Source: Lytechinus pictus (Eukaryota). From it: a stretch of DNA of 64,000 bases. Below the pieces are notes generated by a model. The model did no database searches. It saw only the letters and a program-made list of their open reading frames with translations, and was not told the DNA's origin. Every line of letters starts with the position of its first letter. The stretch's first letter is position 1. Shown here piece after piece: positions 25,788 to 40,552 of the stretch. The stretch is from positions 48,112,001 to 48,176,000 of the forward strand of contig NC_087251.1 in NCBI RefSeq assembly GCF_037042905.1. The letters are read 5' to 3'. The position numbers were made by a program, and so were the translations under genes.

Positions 25788-28214
25788 TCTATATATATGA
25801 ATCGGCAAAAATTGATATTTGCAACCTTGTCATCAAAACATTCAAGTTTCCAATTAAGCAACAATATGACGTCATGTAGTATTCCCATCTTGATCAACTT
25901 TTTACAGCCAACCATATTCCGCTGGTCTGTATCGCAAGTAATTAAACACACTGTAGATTACGACAAAATCTCATGGGTCCAAATTAGTAAATTAGGGCCT
26001 ATGTGTAGATATGAAGAAAAATAGATCGATGGATAAATGTTTATAAAGAGGATATAAAGGTCGATTGAAAGAGTATTATTTATTTTTTGAAGAAGGAAAA
26101 CGTCACCATAGTGAACTTTCAAACGTGAACACGGCCTTGTAAACAAGTCATTGATTTTAAGGCGTCCAAGCGGTCAGTAGTCTGAATTCATACATTCGTT
26201 ATACAATTGGGCTCAACTTAATTCTTTCTTCGTAGAATTTGCAGAAGGTCAGCAGTGTGCTTGGGGCTGCTTAAAATAATCGGTTTCCTGTTCAAGGTTT
26301 CTAGTTTAAATATATGTTATCATGGTGGGTTATTTTTACCAATAAGCTTTCATCAACTAAAAAATACATACTGGTAGATTAATTGTTCATGCTTCAACAC
26401 TCGGAGCCACTTTTTGGTGAAACTTCGCACCCATAAATTTGCACCTTTAGGGGTACAGGTGTATTTTATTTTGCACCCCGAATAATGCAGAGTTTTACCA
26501 TTTGTTTAAGAAAAAAATGTATATCAATCTCTTGAATGCAGAAGAATCTTAAGCGTCTAAACTTCGTACCTTAAGTGAAGGGTGCAAATGGACATTCCCG
26601 GATACATGTAAACAAAAATCAGAGTGTTTATTTTTGAGATGCTATTTGAATTCAAAGCAGTATCTACATACTATTATTATCTATTCAGGTAAATTGTAAA
26701 ATTGTAATTTTTTTTCAATGAACCTGAATGTTATTTTCATTGCAGAGGTGCTTTGCTGATATTTCACATGAAGCTGCGTTGCGCTTCGGGCGAGGAAAAA
26801 AAAGAGGATAATGAAATACAATTTTAAGCACACGATAAAGAAGGCATACATAATATTCTAGCAAGATAGACGAAAGAACAACCGGGAAACAAAATAAAGT
26901 TTGCGAGACTTGTTGAGTGAAACCTGTAATTGAATTGAGCTGGAAGTGAAGAGTGGGTTTGTGTAACAGAATCTGTCTGCATGTCTCTCGCATCCGAATA
27001 TTCTGCATTTCAACTCCCGTCGAAAGCCAATCAAACATCGCTGACCCATTTAACAACTCTACGTAATCACTCTGGAAACTAAAGTCACATAAAAATTTCC
27101 TGAGGGATGGTTCTGGAATAGTCTCTACCCAAGTTACGTTATCATACTATATCGGGCTTTGCACTAATTGTGTTTGAAAATAGAAACTCAAATTGATAAT
27201 GTCTTCTTATTATTCCAATGCGCGACAGTGATAATAATATGTGTTACACAACCATGTTACCCGCTTTCTATGAATTTATTGTTAAAAATATTGTCCAGAT
27301 GGCCTTCCTAAATTTTGTAGCTTTTCAAAGTATTATTTTGTAGTGATGAAACTATATTTACACTAAGGTGACAAGCAGCATGATAGTACTACAGAATGGC
27401 GGATTTGGAGAGGGGGTAGACCGCTTACCCCATTCGGTTTTCTATCTCTCGCTCTATTTGGCCTATTAACGTTGTTACCCGCCCTCTTATTCGAAAATGG
27501 TCAAAGTGGGTGCGTCACGAATAATGTCTAATCTAATATTTGAGTTCATCCATGTCACTGCTACTAAAAGAACAGAGTAATAGGGAAAATAAGATTTTAT
27601 ATTTGTAACTTGAAATAGAGGAGGAATACGATCAACCAAGGTTATCATTTTATACAATTCATCAAGTTGTCTTCTTTCTACTTTTTTCGTCATTCATTTC
27701 CCCCTCTCTAGCCCTCTCCTCTTCTTCTCTCTCCAGATATATTTCTTAACATCTCTCTGCCCGTAATTTCGTCACCTGTCATTTCCTTTCCATATTATTC
27801 AAATGCAAGTCACATCACACTTTCTTTTGTTTGGGTAAAGGGGGTGGGAGGGGGGGGGGTTAAAGTAAACACAAATACATTGGTGTTATATGTCATATTG
27901 CAGATATGGCAGATCCATTACATTTATAAGTACCTTTTTTTTGCACACTGTGTAAATTGCCATAACCTGGGCATTCATTTCCTTCTGGTGATACAGATTC
28001 TGAAACAGTATTATTATGTGCCAATTATTTTTCAGAATATGATAATATTCAAGGGACTCATCACTATGATGAGATAAATGTTTTAACATTCTCATATGAT
28101 ATAACAGTCTAAGATCCTTAGGGGGATGAGGAAAAACAATAAGTGATGGGACGAGGGTGACAATGGAAGGAGACAAAAGAGAAAAAAATGTTACATGGAA
28201 GGAATCAGAAAAAG

Positions 28215-28460
28215 TGGATGAGTGAGAAAATGTGTGCGCATATGTATGTGCGTTGCTTTTCGAAAGGTGCGTGTGAGAGCGAATGAGGGAGAGAAGGGGA
28301 GGGTGCACACGCGCGTGGGTGTGAGTTTGTGTGTGTGTGAGAGAGACGGCATATGCATGCATTGGGAGGGTGTATGAGGGTACGTGTGACAGAGAGAGAA
28401 AATGGGGTACGGGGAGTGCGTGCGTGTCTGTGTGTGTGAGAAAGAGGAAAAGAAAGGGAG
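28215..28460. repeat. GT/GA-rich low-complexity tract
   Basis: GTGT/GAGA runs, which explain the 208-aa His/Thr/Ser ORF. Confidence 0.8.
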
Positions 28461-31436
28461 CCACAGAGTAAGAACAGTTAAAATCTACTTCACAGTATAA
28501 CACTCGTTTCATTTCATCTCAATCGCGGAACTCCTCTCAGAGGAGTAATTGAGATAAATGCAACCAACTACATGAAAAAAAGTGGTGATCCACGAGAAAG
28601 CTTAGCCCTCACTTCACTCTCAATGAAATACAGAAATTAATCACTCCTAACTGTCAAAGATCGTGCTCGGCTGTTTGCGAAGTTCTTCGATTTTAGTACG
28701 CCGCTCCTCGCCCCTACGTTATTGCCGTTGTCATAATTACTGTCATTTCGAATAAATATGATTTAAAGTCCACGGATTTAATCATCCCTCTGTCACTTGT
28801 TAGATATCGTTTTACACCGAATCCCTAAAGAGGGACTCTCTCGGCAGTAGTTCCAAGATTAAAGCAGTCGCAATAACCGTCAACATTCATTAAAATTTTG
28901 CGTGCGTTCAAAGGCAGAATATTATTTAGCGGACTGGTTTTTAAAAATTACAATCCAAGTAAATTAACTTCCGCTGGATTAAGTATGCACTTGGTGTGAT
29001 CCCCGTAGTCGCTTCTGACGCTTCCAATATTTGTGAAAATGTCATTATTAAAATGAAAATGACATCGGGGACTTTAGTCAATTTAACACACGGCTAGGTA
29101 ATCGGTGGTGTGAATAATAGATGAAGACTTTCACGATCCCTTAAGCCCCTGTATCGAATTCGAAAGATGAAAATTGTCGTTTATGAAGGTAAACCTGAGG
29201 TTACTTGCACGAAGCAATCTTAAATGCTGTTAGTGATTGTCTCCTCTTGGAACAGAAGGCCTAATTATGATGTTTGTAAGTTGTCAAAAATAAAGTGTAT
29301 CAAAGGGCCCTATATTTAATGTACAATTGAGCTACGATTCATGAAGGTGAAATGCGCTGTAATGTAAATCATGCAGCCGAAAAAAAAAGTTTTGCCAAAT
29401 TTCCCTTTCGGTAATTTACCCCTTAATTTCAAAACACGCTTAAATAACATTAATGTGACTTTTGTGTAACTACCATAATCCACTTCTAGTGATTCGTATC
29501 CAAATTGGGAAAGTAGATAAATTGTCACATTTCTTTGCAATTTCAGGTACCAAACACTTTACACATTAAAAAAACAAGAGGAACAAACACGAACAAGCAA
29601 CCAAACAGATATAGCAGGTGCACATTATACCTTCTCTAAAATATCATTCAAAGAATGAATGCTTATGAGTAATGGCATAATTTTTGAATGTTTTTGTTGC
29701 ACAATATATTATGAAGGAGAAACATAAAATTTCCAGTTCTTTTCAAATTTAGATAATTGTCTTTTTTTTAATGGCAATTTGTTTTTTGATAAAAAAAAAG
29801 TAGACATTTTTCTCCATTAAAGCATTATTGAATCACTCCTGCTTGTGATTCTCCTTCACTATCCTCTCGGAATCAACCACTGCATTTCACTGACACTTGA
29901 AATGTTAGTCATTAATAAAAAGAAGACTGGGACTCTAACTCGCCATCAGGAAATCATTACAACAAAGCAAGCAACGGGTGGGACTGTACACTGGTCCGCC
30001 GGAAGTCGTTGGCGTTTCGTGGACAGGCCAATTTGAAGAGCTGTCGTATTTTGGAAGCAATCAGTAGAATGATGGGATATTACCCTAAAGTATGAAGGAT
30101 CTTCAATATCATGATGTAATTGCAAGATGAATTGGTAGGCCTCTGTCCAAATGATGTCTGTTATCTGTTCGGAACACATGGTAAATCTATGTCCTCTCAT
30201 CGATATTCAAGACCAACCCCATAGCACAGAATCTGAATGTGCTATCAATAATAGAAAAAGTATATATCCAATGTCCATTAAAGTAAAGATATCTAAAGCC
30301 CTTTCTATTAGTTGGATGCCTTTATACTAACCCATAGCCCCAGACCAAGCTCCAATTTCTCGGCGACGTTCAGGGGCAAAAAGACATTCAGGGTGAGAGT
30401 ACCATCCCTTTCCCAGGTCAAACTAAACAAGTCTTTTATGCATTTAATCAAGTAGGTCGTCCCGAAAGGATTGAAAAGTGAGAATACTCTTATACAGATT
30501 ACAATCTAAAAGACATTCATCCGTTACACTCAATTTATCTGCCAAATCAAGGTAACTGGCATAAACTTCTGGAGGTGTACATAGGCAATGGTGTAATCGA
30601 AAGATCATGTGACCTGAAGAGGGTTTAATTTACACTTTCCTCTCACCCATCACTCTCTTATTGAGTAAATAAAGCACTAGATGAGAGGTGATTGAAAATA
30701 AACATGGACCAGCTGAGACGACGATGTCGCGTTACCATCCCCTTGACTTGGATCGATCGGAAACAAGTGGCATCCTTCGACCTTAAACTTCGTAGCTCTT
30801 ACCACGCCATAGCCCAAATTTCGTCACCACGGAATGCACACAAATGCCATAGAGTTGCCATTTCTGTAGCATATTGAGAGTTTTAAAGGTGTCATTAAAG
30901 ATCAAGAGCCATTGATGAAAGTAATTTCAATACTACAATAAGGACAGGAGAGTGGTCACAACTGGATTTAGTACGCTAGGATAAATAGCCGGTGGACCGT
31001 AACGCATGAACAACAACCTTTTTGGAAAATGGAGAACAGAAAATCAATAAACATCTTAATATGCAATACGAACTTGATTTCTGGACGATTATCTGAAGGG
31101 CTGAATGGGAAAAAAAATTATTGCGGGAGTGGTAAAGAAAAAAAAATCACATGATCACCATGCGTCATTGTTAAATTAATTTCGAATATCAGGGATTCTA
31201 GATGGTCTGCATAGATGTCATTGAAGTGTATGGTATAAATCGGGACAGCCCCCCCCCCCAAACTTTTTAAAAGATCCAGAAAATGTCTTAAAAACAAAAA
31301 TTTTCAAAAGGCGTTACTCAGAATAATATTATGCTTTTATGTTATTCAACGATATGCTAGGTATTAGATATTTGATTACCACTCAATATAAAAGGTAATT
31401 AGAGGAGAAAACGACAAATCCTTAGTCCACTTGTTA

Positions 31437-31597
31437 CACTCTTAAAAAGTCGGGCAACGTACTGTCAACACAACAATTTGTTAAAAATGTATCAAATTTT
31501 GGGTAGTTTTAAACTAATAATGTGTGCTTTGGGTGAAAACTACAGAGTTGAATACAATTGTTGTGTGGACAAAATGTTGCCCAATATTTTAAGAGTG
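31437..31597. mobile_element. CAC-terminated MITE with 2-bp flanks (EnSpm/CACTA-like)
   Basis: CACTCTTAAAA...GGGCAAC / GTTGCCC...TTTTAAGAGTG, with TA on both sides. Relatives at 33530-33697 and 39256-39481. Confidence 0.8.
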
Positions 31598-32072
31598 TAC
31601 AATCTACCCAACAAGTTGCTAATATAAATATATATATATGTATTGATCAAATTTGTAATGATGTCAAATAATTCTTATTCCAGTTCAGCTTTATTTTAGG
31701 GCCGCGGAACCAGGGGTAGGTACTTTTTTCAAAACTGCGTACAAAAATGCAAAAAATGAAAAATTACCATCTGATTGTATTTTTTTTCCATGGTCAGCCC
31801 CATCTTCAAAATCGTTCTGCTGCCCCTCTATTTCACTTTTCACCTTTTTTACATTTTTATTGTTCTGACAAATCTACCGTGGTTGTATTCTTATAAAGGG
31901 TCCGGCCACATTGCACATGTACAATCAAGAAGGCTAACACCACAATAATGACATTTTTTAATAAGGGCGCAAATAGTGAACTATCATGATTTTCCTTCCA
32001 AAATTACCCTTCAAACTTCAAACTTATTCTTTATTTCAAAGGAGAAAGATGACGTAAAATATACTGAGAATA

Positions 32073-32137
32073 GTCATTTTGCCTCCGACGAAGATTCTGC
32101 TAGGATCGAAAGCTTAGGCCCCTTTTTGACTTTCTAA
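32073..32137 (+). ncRNA. Minimal type-I hammerhead-ribozyme-like cassette (Penelope-like element terminus)
   Basis: GCCT-CCGACGA-A-GATTCT-GCT-AGGATC-GAAA-GCTT-AGGC: stem I GCCT/AGGC, 6-bp stem II, palindromic stem III. Identical inverted copy at 46521-46585. Confidence 0.65.
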
Positions 32138-33529
32138 TAGTTATTTTAGTGTAGTTTATTATTTTACCGTTTTCATAATTTTACCAACGTGCACTTACAA
32201 AATCATTCTTTTTCATTATGAAATATTTCATTAATAAATTGTTAATGTTATCGGTCACAAGCCATTATCTCACAGAGATTTGAAATTTTCGGCAACCCAT
32301 TGGCATGCTGTGCCGGAGAATGCGACAAAAACAAGAGAACATAATTTCCCGTCACATGAATAGTGACAAGACCTGTTGATATTAATATATCATTAATTAA
32401 GGATATCGCAGTCAACAATATAAAACATTTCAATGCTAGTGTGAGAGGCGATCACAAAACATGGGGGAATTGATAAGTTGATGTGAGTAACATTCAGTGA
32501 AAATCATACAAATATTTGCAATTGTATCGGCAGTAAGTCAACACCTGAATACAGTTACTATCGAATTTAATTCTACATAGCAAAACGCCTCACTTAATTT
32601 GGTTACGTGTGAAAGGGACTCTCATTGACTAAGCGCAACCTTTTTTAAAAATATATATTGAAACACAATGAGTACCCTTTTATCAATGATTTTAATTTGT
32701 TGGCCAAAGAAAGGATTGTAATTTAATTTTCCGTGATACATGGTGAGGAAAAGTCTGCCGTCTGTTTTGCTATGTGCCATGACGTTTTAAAAGAAATTAC
32801 GTTCCTTAAATTTTAAATCCGATTACGGAACCTTGGTCTCCGCAATGAAGTAGTTCAACATGTTCAGACGTAGAAAATTGCCTTGATACGTGATTTGGGT
32901 GAATTTTCTCTCGCCTATACTTTCAAAAATAATCTACTTAAACTTTATTTTGTTAATATAAAAAGAGTATCATAATTTGTTTCTGAATGCATCCCTTTTG
33001 TGTACTGTGAATGTCGATTTAAATGGTGTGCCGCAATCGTATAAAGACTCAAACCATGAATTATATTACGTTGCTTTGATAATATTAATACAAGGTGAGC
33101 TTAGCGGGAGTTTCATTATTGAATCGCAGTTGTTTGGTCTCGGTAGAAATTAAATAGATCTGCTTGTCGCTCAATATTAACGATATCAATCAAGATGGAT
33201 GAAAAGTATTATGTTCAGTAGCAGTAATTTCACATGGATCATATTCCATTGATTTCGGAGGTGTCTTCTTAATTGACTCAGTTGAACATCTAGCAGAATA
33301 TTTACAAAATTAAAAGGAACGTAGGACGAAAATAATCAGGGTCATCTAAATGATATTTATCACTCATACCTTTAAATTGCCAAGAACTTCCGATTCCACT
33401 TTATGCCGGATAAACACTAACAAGCAGAATTACATCACCAACTCTCGTAGCTTACAAGCTTTATGCACCTTTAATGGTGCAGTGCAGTCCGCATCGTAAA
33501 GAGTGCAGCGTATAGTACTTTTTAAGGAA

Positions 33530-33697
33530 CACACTTAAAATGTTGGGCAACATACTGTTCACTGTGTTGGGTAATGTATGTTGGTAAAAAATATATATTC
33601 TGGGCAAATATTATCAAATCGAGCAAATTTATTACCCAATTATTAGTTTTTATTACCCAATTTGGACAGATTTTAACCAATAGTTGTGCGGACAGTA
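33530..33697. mobile_element. Truncated copy of the 39256-39481 MITE
   Basis: CACACTTAAAATGTTGGGCAACATACTG... is colinear with 39256. Followed by another CACTCTAAAA end and a SINE-like tail (about 33760-33856, AGCGCTTTG...AAAGCGCTATA). Confidence 0.75.
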
Positions 33698-34137
33698 CAC
33701 TCTAAAAAATGAAGAGGTGAATGGGCAGCCGGCATGATTAAATCCTTGCATGAACTAACGGCAGGTGAAGGTAGCTCGAGCTAAAGTCGGGGTAATAATA
33801 GCAAGCGCTTTGTATCCTCATGCAAAAAGCGCTATATGACCCTAGCTATTACTATTGTAGGTTAAATTAAATTATTTTCCCATTACAACACCTATCATTA
33901 CATGACGAGCATGCTTTTTTAATATACTGTGTATTATTAAAAATCATTTTACCATTTATGGGTCTCTCTCTCTCTATATATATATATATATTCAGATATC
34001 GACAGAAAGTCCATTACGAATTGTAAACTTAGGTGTTAGTAAAACTGATTAAAAGCAGCTTAAATATGTACCTGTGGGGTTCACAAAATACGTTTCGATT
34101 ACATTGAACTCATTTGAACGTATTGAATTTAAAAACA

Positions 34138-34357
34138 CACTGCAAACAATCCGGTGTTGATTTACCGCCAGCCCGCAATCTATATTTATGTCCACACCAG
34201 AGAAGTGTTAAACTAAACCAGTTTGGTTTTGGTCTAACACCAGATAGGTGTTTATACAACACCAATTAGGATTAAAGCAGTATCGGTTTGATTCCAAACT
34301 TGTGTTGTGTCAAATATACTTCTCTGGTGTAAAATCAACACCGGAGTTTTTGCAGTG
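34138..34357. mobile_element. CACTG-terminated MITE, 2-bp TSD (EnSpm/CACTA-like)
   Basis: TIRs CACTGCAAACAATCCGGTGTTGATTT / AAATCAACACCGGAGTTTTTGCAGTG, with CA on both sides. Confidence 0.85.
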
Positions 34358-34614
34358 CAATGTTAGTGTAGGCCTATTCCGTTATGAAATGAATGACGGG
34401 TTAAACCATAACCAGGAGCACAAATAGAAAGATGTTAAATAAAAATATTCTTCAATAACTTTATATACATACATGCAATTCTAATCAATTTCCATGATAG
34501 GTGTTACTTTATCTCCAAAATAAATAGGTTATTTTGCGATTGGGTGTTATGTTGTAAAACGAGCTTTAAATAGGTAACAAGGTATTCAATGATACTAGTA
34601 GTTACCTTATTTAA

Positions 34615-35209
34615 AGGGGAATCCAGCCTTGGCCATAAAATGTTGTGTTGGGAAGGAGAAAAATAGATTAAACAGAATGGTGAAAGTTTAAAAGAAATCA
34701 GACAAGCTATAAGAAAGTTATAGCTGCTTTAAAATTGAGATCACTAATACTATGTAGATTTCAAATTGGCAACTGGGTAAGTAAATTATTACAAGGGGCA
34801 AGGACAACTTTCCCATAGGCCATGTACTTTATTATCAGGGATTTGTGGTTTTCTCTTAAGTACCCATTCCCCTGGGGCAGTAATCTAAATATAACCCAGG
34901 TAGTATATTGTTTTATGTCCTCATGAAAGAAAAATATAATTTGAAATAAAACTTTTAGGAAAAATGACATTTTAGCCATAATATGTATTGGAGTACATGG
35001 AAGAGTAGTCCTTGCCTTACATCACTATGACATCCCATATGCGGCCAATTTGAAGTCCCCATGGGTATAGTGATTACCAATATTTACAACTTTTACAAAT
35101 TCATAACTTTCTTGTTGTTTGTCCAATATTGTTGAAACTTTCACCTATCAACTTGTCTGATTTTTCTTTTCCTTATAAAAACAAGTTTTTATTTGGGTTG
35201 GATTCCCCT
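34615..35209. mobile_element. Kolobok-like non-autonomous element (TTAA TSD)
   Basis: TTAA|AGGGGAATCCAGCC...GGTTGGATTCCCCT|TTAA. Highly similar inverted copy at 43072-43655. Confidence 0.9.
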
Positions 35210-38200
35210 TTAAACACATAGATGAATCATAATAGCAGTTACTGCTATCATTAATTCTGAGAGTGAGAGTGACTAAGCAAATGTGATATTCGATAGCCTT
35301 GCAAGCAAAGCCAGTATTAAGTCGTGAAAATTCAAGCTTGGGTAAAAAAAAGTATGTAACGCTTTTTTTTTCCGGACAATCCTAAATACCCAAGACGCCA
35401 AGAACATCTTTAGCAATACACCCTCCCGGCGATTTCCTGTTCTAGAGTCTTGTATTGGCAGTAGAATACACATCTTATCCAGTGTCTTGCCGCGGGGAAT
35501 CGAATCATAGAGACTTTGTGTGCACCCTATAAGGCAGCTATTTGAAGTTGAAATGGGTGGTGAGATTAGATGAGACTTTAAATGGAATGAAGACGTTGAC
35601 AGTAACATCGTAATCCTAAGGAGGTTTTGTAAAGTTCGGTGTAACATGGAAATTGTAAGTGGAGGTAGGATGTGGTGGACTTCTTGATATTTTGGTGCCA
35701 AGCGAACCGTACATTTTTCATCCCGTTTGATTTATTCATTTTTATTTCTAGAGCGTTAGGGAGAGGGGGGGGGGGTCTGTCTGGCGCCCTTGCCATTACT
35801 CACTTCTTATTATGAAATCAAGCCCATGAGCTTAGAAAACGTGAGTGGAATGTGTGAAATCATGTTATTCCTTTGATATTATATGAGAAACACAAGTAGC
35901 ATGCTCAATCAAATGTATTCAACGATGTGCCCGAACTAAGATATATACATGCATTCATTTGTTTTTCTGAATTTAACTAGCTTCGGCTCAATCGAAAAAA
36001 CAACAGTTTCCGGTCTGACACTTTGCGGTGAACACACTGGCATCACTCAACAAAACATAATATAAACTGTGTTTGCAATTCAAACTCATTTTAATTGTTT
36101 GATTTTATCAATGTTTTACTTTCATATCTGATCAATAAACAGTTACAGCTCTCCTTTCAACCAGCCGGGCATATGCACACTTATTGAGTTACGGAGCAGC
36201 GGTTCATTAAAGTTCTCGGAAGAATAAATATTATGAAGGAGAGCGCAAGAACGGTTTTCGCATCGGTTCGGAACGAGCAAGTCAAATCAAGTAATTTGAA
36301 ACTCCTTCTGTTTATAGTCTGTCAGCAAAATAAATGTGATTTTGCATCATTTTAGAATAAACGAGTAGTTACCAGCAAAAAAACATTGAAGATACCATCA
36401 ATTTTCCACCGGAAAGTAGAGTTCCTCTCTCTCTCTCTCAGCCAAGTAATTAAGCTTTGGAATGGCGTGTGTACGTAGAAGAGCCGGGTTTGCAAATCTG
36501 TGTGGGTTTTTTTTTGTTGGGAAGGGGATTCGGTGTTAGGTTTTTTTTTCCCTTTCCTCTTGAAAATGTTCAATCAGAGCTTGTGGTTTCTTCTTAATAT
36601 ACGAGTAATCTATACTTCTGAAACAGAGAAAAATAATATAGTATGAAGCAGACGATAAAACTTACCCCTAGCATTACTAGTGGTAGTTCGACCATGACTG
36701 TTATATTGTCATGGGAACTAAACGTGCTATGAAAATGAAAATAAACGTTTCCTTGGAAGCTACCATTCATCAGCAAGTTAACCTGACTGGTAAAATAAAT
36801 GCCGCGAGGCAGTAGTGTTAATACTATTTCAAAGGTTTTATGCTTGAGTAGTATCAAGCGATTGATTTGATTATCTTAAAGTATATCATAACTGTGATTG
36901 TCATTTGCGAGATTAGATTACCTGCCATATTTGATTCACGACACAGTAAACTGCTGTAAGGAATAATATTTAGATATGGATTTGACATTTTAAAATTCTG
37001 TTTGAAGAGAAAGGGGCGGGGTATTCAGCCCCCAACCGATCCCCATTGGCTGTGCTCATTTAACCTGCTCGTAGTCAATGCCTTTATTTTACTTTCACAT
37101 GTCTTTTTGTAATATCACTGGTAAGCATTGTTCACGAAAATTTAATCTCATTATTCATTCATATACTTTTATATAAAGTAAAAATTGATTTTTCAATTAC
37201 CAATTGTTTTTGCACATCCGTTATAAATAGAAAGACTTGGAAAGCAAATGTTAGAGATGCACAATAAGAGACAATTTAGATAAGTCGCACACACCTCACC
37301 AAATCCTTTAAGTAATCTTGTATTCAGCTTATTACTACTTCATCATGCCTATAAAACGTACATCGAATCTTTACAATTGGTCCTTATACCACCACAGGCA
37401 TGTATTAGCCCTATTCTTACCGCCTGTCCGATATACAGGCATGAATGTAGCCTGGAAAATAAATAACCTTTGGAACTTGGTGAATTGTTTTTTAATCAAG
37501 TCCCCCATTCACTTCTTAGCATCCCTCTATTTTATCTCGCAAGATGACAAAGTGCAGGAAATTGGAGTTTCGCCGGAATCAATAAAAACGTCATAGGTAT
37601 ATGCTTGGGGTCTGATTAAAACTTTTTTTTTAATTCGTCGCCAATCGAGATGTTATTGAATAATTTTCCATCCATTGTACAAGTATCGATGAGGATATTG
37701 AAAGACGCCATCGTTAAATGGCGCCGCACAATTGCCCCTTAATTATGAAAAATATGTGAAGGCGTATCCAGAAGCGGGGGCACGCACTACGTGTTTCCGG
37801 GTTAAAAAGAACAAAACTTGAACACGATTTATCCTTTCATATTTCATTTTTTCACTCTAAAAATGACTGACTCATTATTGGGATAAAAGGGAATAATATG
37901 TAGGTTCTACGAAATGATATAATGCTTTTTGTTGCCCAACAAACATACATGTTCACCTTACCCCAATATTGGGTAGCTTTTTATTCAATCTCTTTGTATA
38001 GCGTTCCCTTTTTTCATTTTCTTCACATGTCGGAGAGGGTATATTGACAGGTAAGTTGTTCCATCTTCTTTTAATTTCACAATTGTTTTAAAAGATTTAA
38101 ATTGTCCTGATTTAAAACTTGTATCTTTGATTTGAAAATGCTTTTAAGGAATGTTGAAGCTTATTTTGCATTTTTCTAATATGTAATACAGAGCCCTCTA

Positions 38201-39255
38201 AAAATGCATTTTTTATGTACTAAACAGGCCACCCTGTCTAAATAAATAAGTGAATAAATAATTAATCAAGTTAATGTCCGAATTTAATCTAATCTTATTT
38301 GAATTACTATTTCGGGACCAGAATATTTTATTTATTTTTGTATAAATACACAACAAACAAGCTGAATATTATTTTATAAGTGGTGTTAATACAATTACAA
38401 TCGTTTCTCGTTCTCTTAAACTGCTATCTCAATGTACCAGTTTGGGTGAGTAGTTTGTTGGTATATTATTGTATTGTATATTTATTTCTATTTTTTTCAA
38501 TGTGTTATTATTATTTGGAAAGCTTTTACCAGGTGTATTTCCTCTCGTAAAAAATAATGGTATTATGATTTTATTTGGATTTTGTACCTTTGTTCGTTTA
38601 TTTATAACATATGTTTGTTTTTGCAATTACTAATAAAATACAATGAAATAAAATTAAACTAGACTTAACTATCCAACTATCTCAGATACACAAAGTTGTC
38701 CATGAAAATGAAACAAAACTCAAATCTTCCTATCCCTCTTCGTCATTCATCTTCTTCTTCAAACAAGTCAGTTAATAAATTACTTTCCCCCGTTGGTGCT
38801 TGAGAAATCGAGTGTACATAATTAGTATAATCTGAAGAGTTATTACAACATTAGAATAAAGAGTGTCTCATTAATACTCAATCTATAACAAGCTTTATTC
38901 TTATCTGACCTGAAAGCATATTACACTATGGAAATCGACCAAATTCGCTATCATAATGAATAACGACGTTTACCATGAGTGTATTCTAACAATGATGAAT
39001 GCATTCTTACAAGGATATTAACACTGGTATAATTGAATAAGCTCATCTATACGTAATAGAAACAATTTATTTTATCGCAATGATATTCTTAAGAAAGACA
39101 CATTAAACATCTTAAATAATGAGGAACAAATATTAAAGAGTAATACGAAATACAAAGAACAATTTTCTATATTTCTGGGTTTTATTTGTGAAAAATAATT
39201 ATTTGTAGGATAAGCTATTTCAAGCAAAATTTGTATTCTAACTAAAAACTAACTA

Positions 39256-39481
39256 CACACTTAAAATGTTGGGCAACATACTGTCCACTGTGTTGGATGA
39301 TGTATGCTGGTAAAGCATATATATATTATGGGCAATTATTATCCAATTGAGGAAAATTTATTACCCTATTATTAGTTTTTATTATTCAAATTGGGAAGAT
39401 TTTAACCAATAGTTGTGTGGACAGTATGTTGCCCAGGGTTAGATAAAAGTTGGGCATTTTTGCCCAACTATTTAAAGAGTG
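39256..39481. mobile_element. CAC-terminated MITE with TA flanks
   Basis: CACACTTAAAATGTTGGGCAA / TTGCCCAACTATTTAAAGAGTG. Confidence 0.8.
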
Positions 39482-40417
39482 TAATCTAACTAAGATATGA
39501 ACATATACCCAACAACGTTACAATCAAAATGGTATGTCAATACTAAGAAAATGTTAATAGATTATCGCTAATAGGATTCTAAATATTTTAATATTAAAAT
39601 ATGGATTTATTATTTGATCAATGTCTGTTTCGATGGTCAGATACTAAATACACTGAAACAGACGCTAGAGAACCACGGGATGATCGCCATGAAAGTGGGA
39701 GCATAAAAATACCAGAATTCTTTCGAGCATTCTTCAGTTAAAGTTTGTAAAAGTTTTCCATGCACACATTTTGTATTCATTTAGTATTCATTACAAAGAA
39801 AAAAATCACAAAGGAGGTCCGGGTTCTTTCTGCCGAAAGTGTGAAGGAAATGTGTGTATGTGGGTGTGTGTGTGTGGGAGGACTATGCCATTTTTTTTTT
39901 TTTTTGGGGGGGGATATACCAATTGGGGGCAAAAAAGGTGCCCATGAAGGCCAACATTTGCGCATGTTATCCAATGCATCCCATACATAGGCCTACTGAG
40001 CGAATTAATGTTCGGAAATCAGATTAACATGAATAAAATGCTTGGTTACGTATTTAACTGAAAATCTAGAAAAAAATTAATGATAAATAAACAACTCCTA
40101 TGATTTAGCTTCTTAATCACAATACAACGCCTAATCAGAGTGCTTTCAGCCTTTCTAATCAGAGTAAAACCCGAAGAGGCGTCAAAACCTAACCTAGATG
40201 AATGCAAATTTGGCCTGATGTCATGTGATCTGAGACAAATAACCGTTTTCTCCAATCATCAAATCCCTTGGAATTGACCTTTATAATCAAATGACGCTCT
40301 CCGATGGACCGAGGTCGAAATATTAACGCTTTACCAATGAACTGATTACGAAACCAATGTTCTATCAACTACGCCATCGCATCTTATCCAGCCTGTCCGG
40401 AAAGGAGGTCTGTACAG

Positions 40418-40552
40418 AAGCATTTCATGAAACACATAATAGGTGATTTCAATAATTCTTTGTTATAAGCTACTGAAATCATTTTATCTGATTGGCTCCG
40501 AGAAAAATTGCCAGTGAAAATCACTAACTTTTTTTTCTTTTGATGAAACGTT
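40418..40552. mobile_element. Decayed MITE carrying a TCTGATTGGCT core
   Basis: Shares TATAAGCTACTG(A/T)AATC...ATCTGATTGGCTC...CAGTGAAA with 51353-51512. Confidence 0.6.

Noticed and set aside
27886-28512. Longest ORF (208 aa)
   Set aside because: Read-through of CA/CT low-complexity sequence.
39722-39745. Minus-strand CTGAAGA...GAAA hammerhead
   Set aside because: No stem II or stem I can form.
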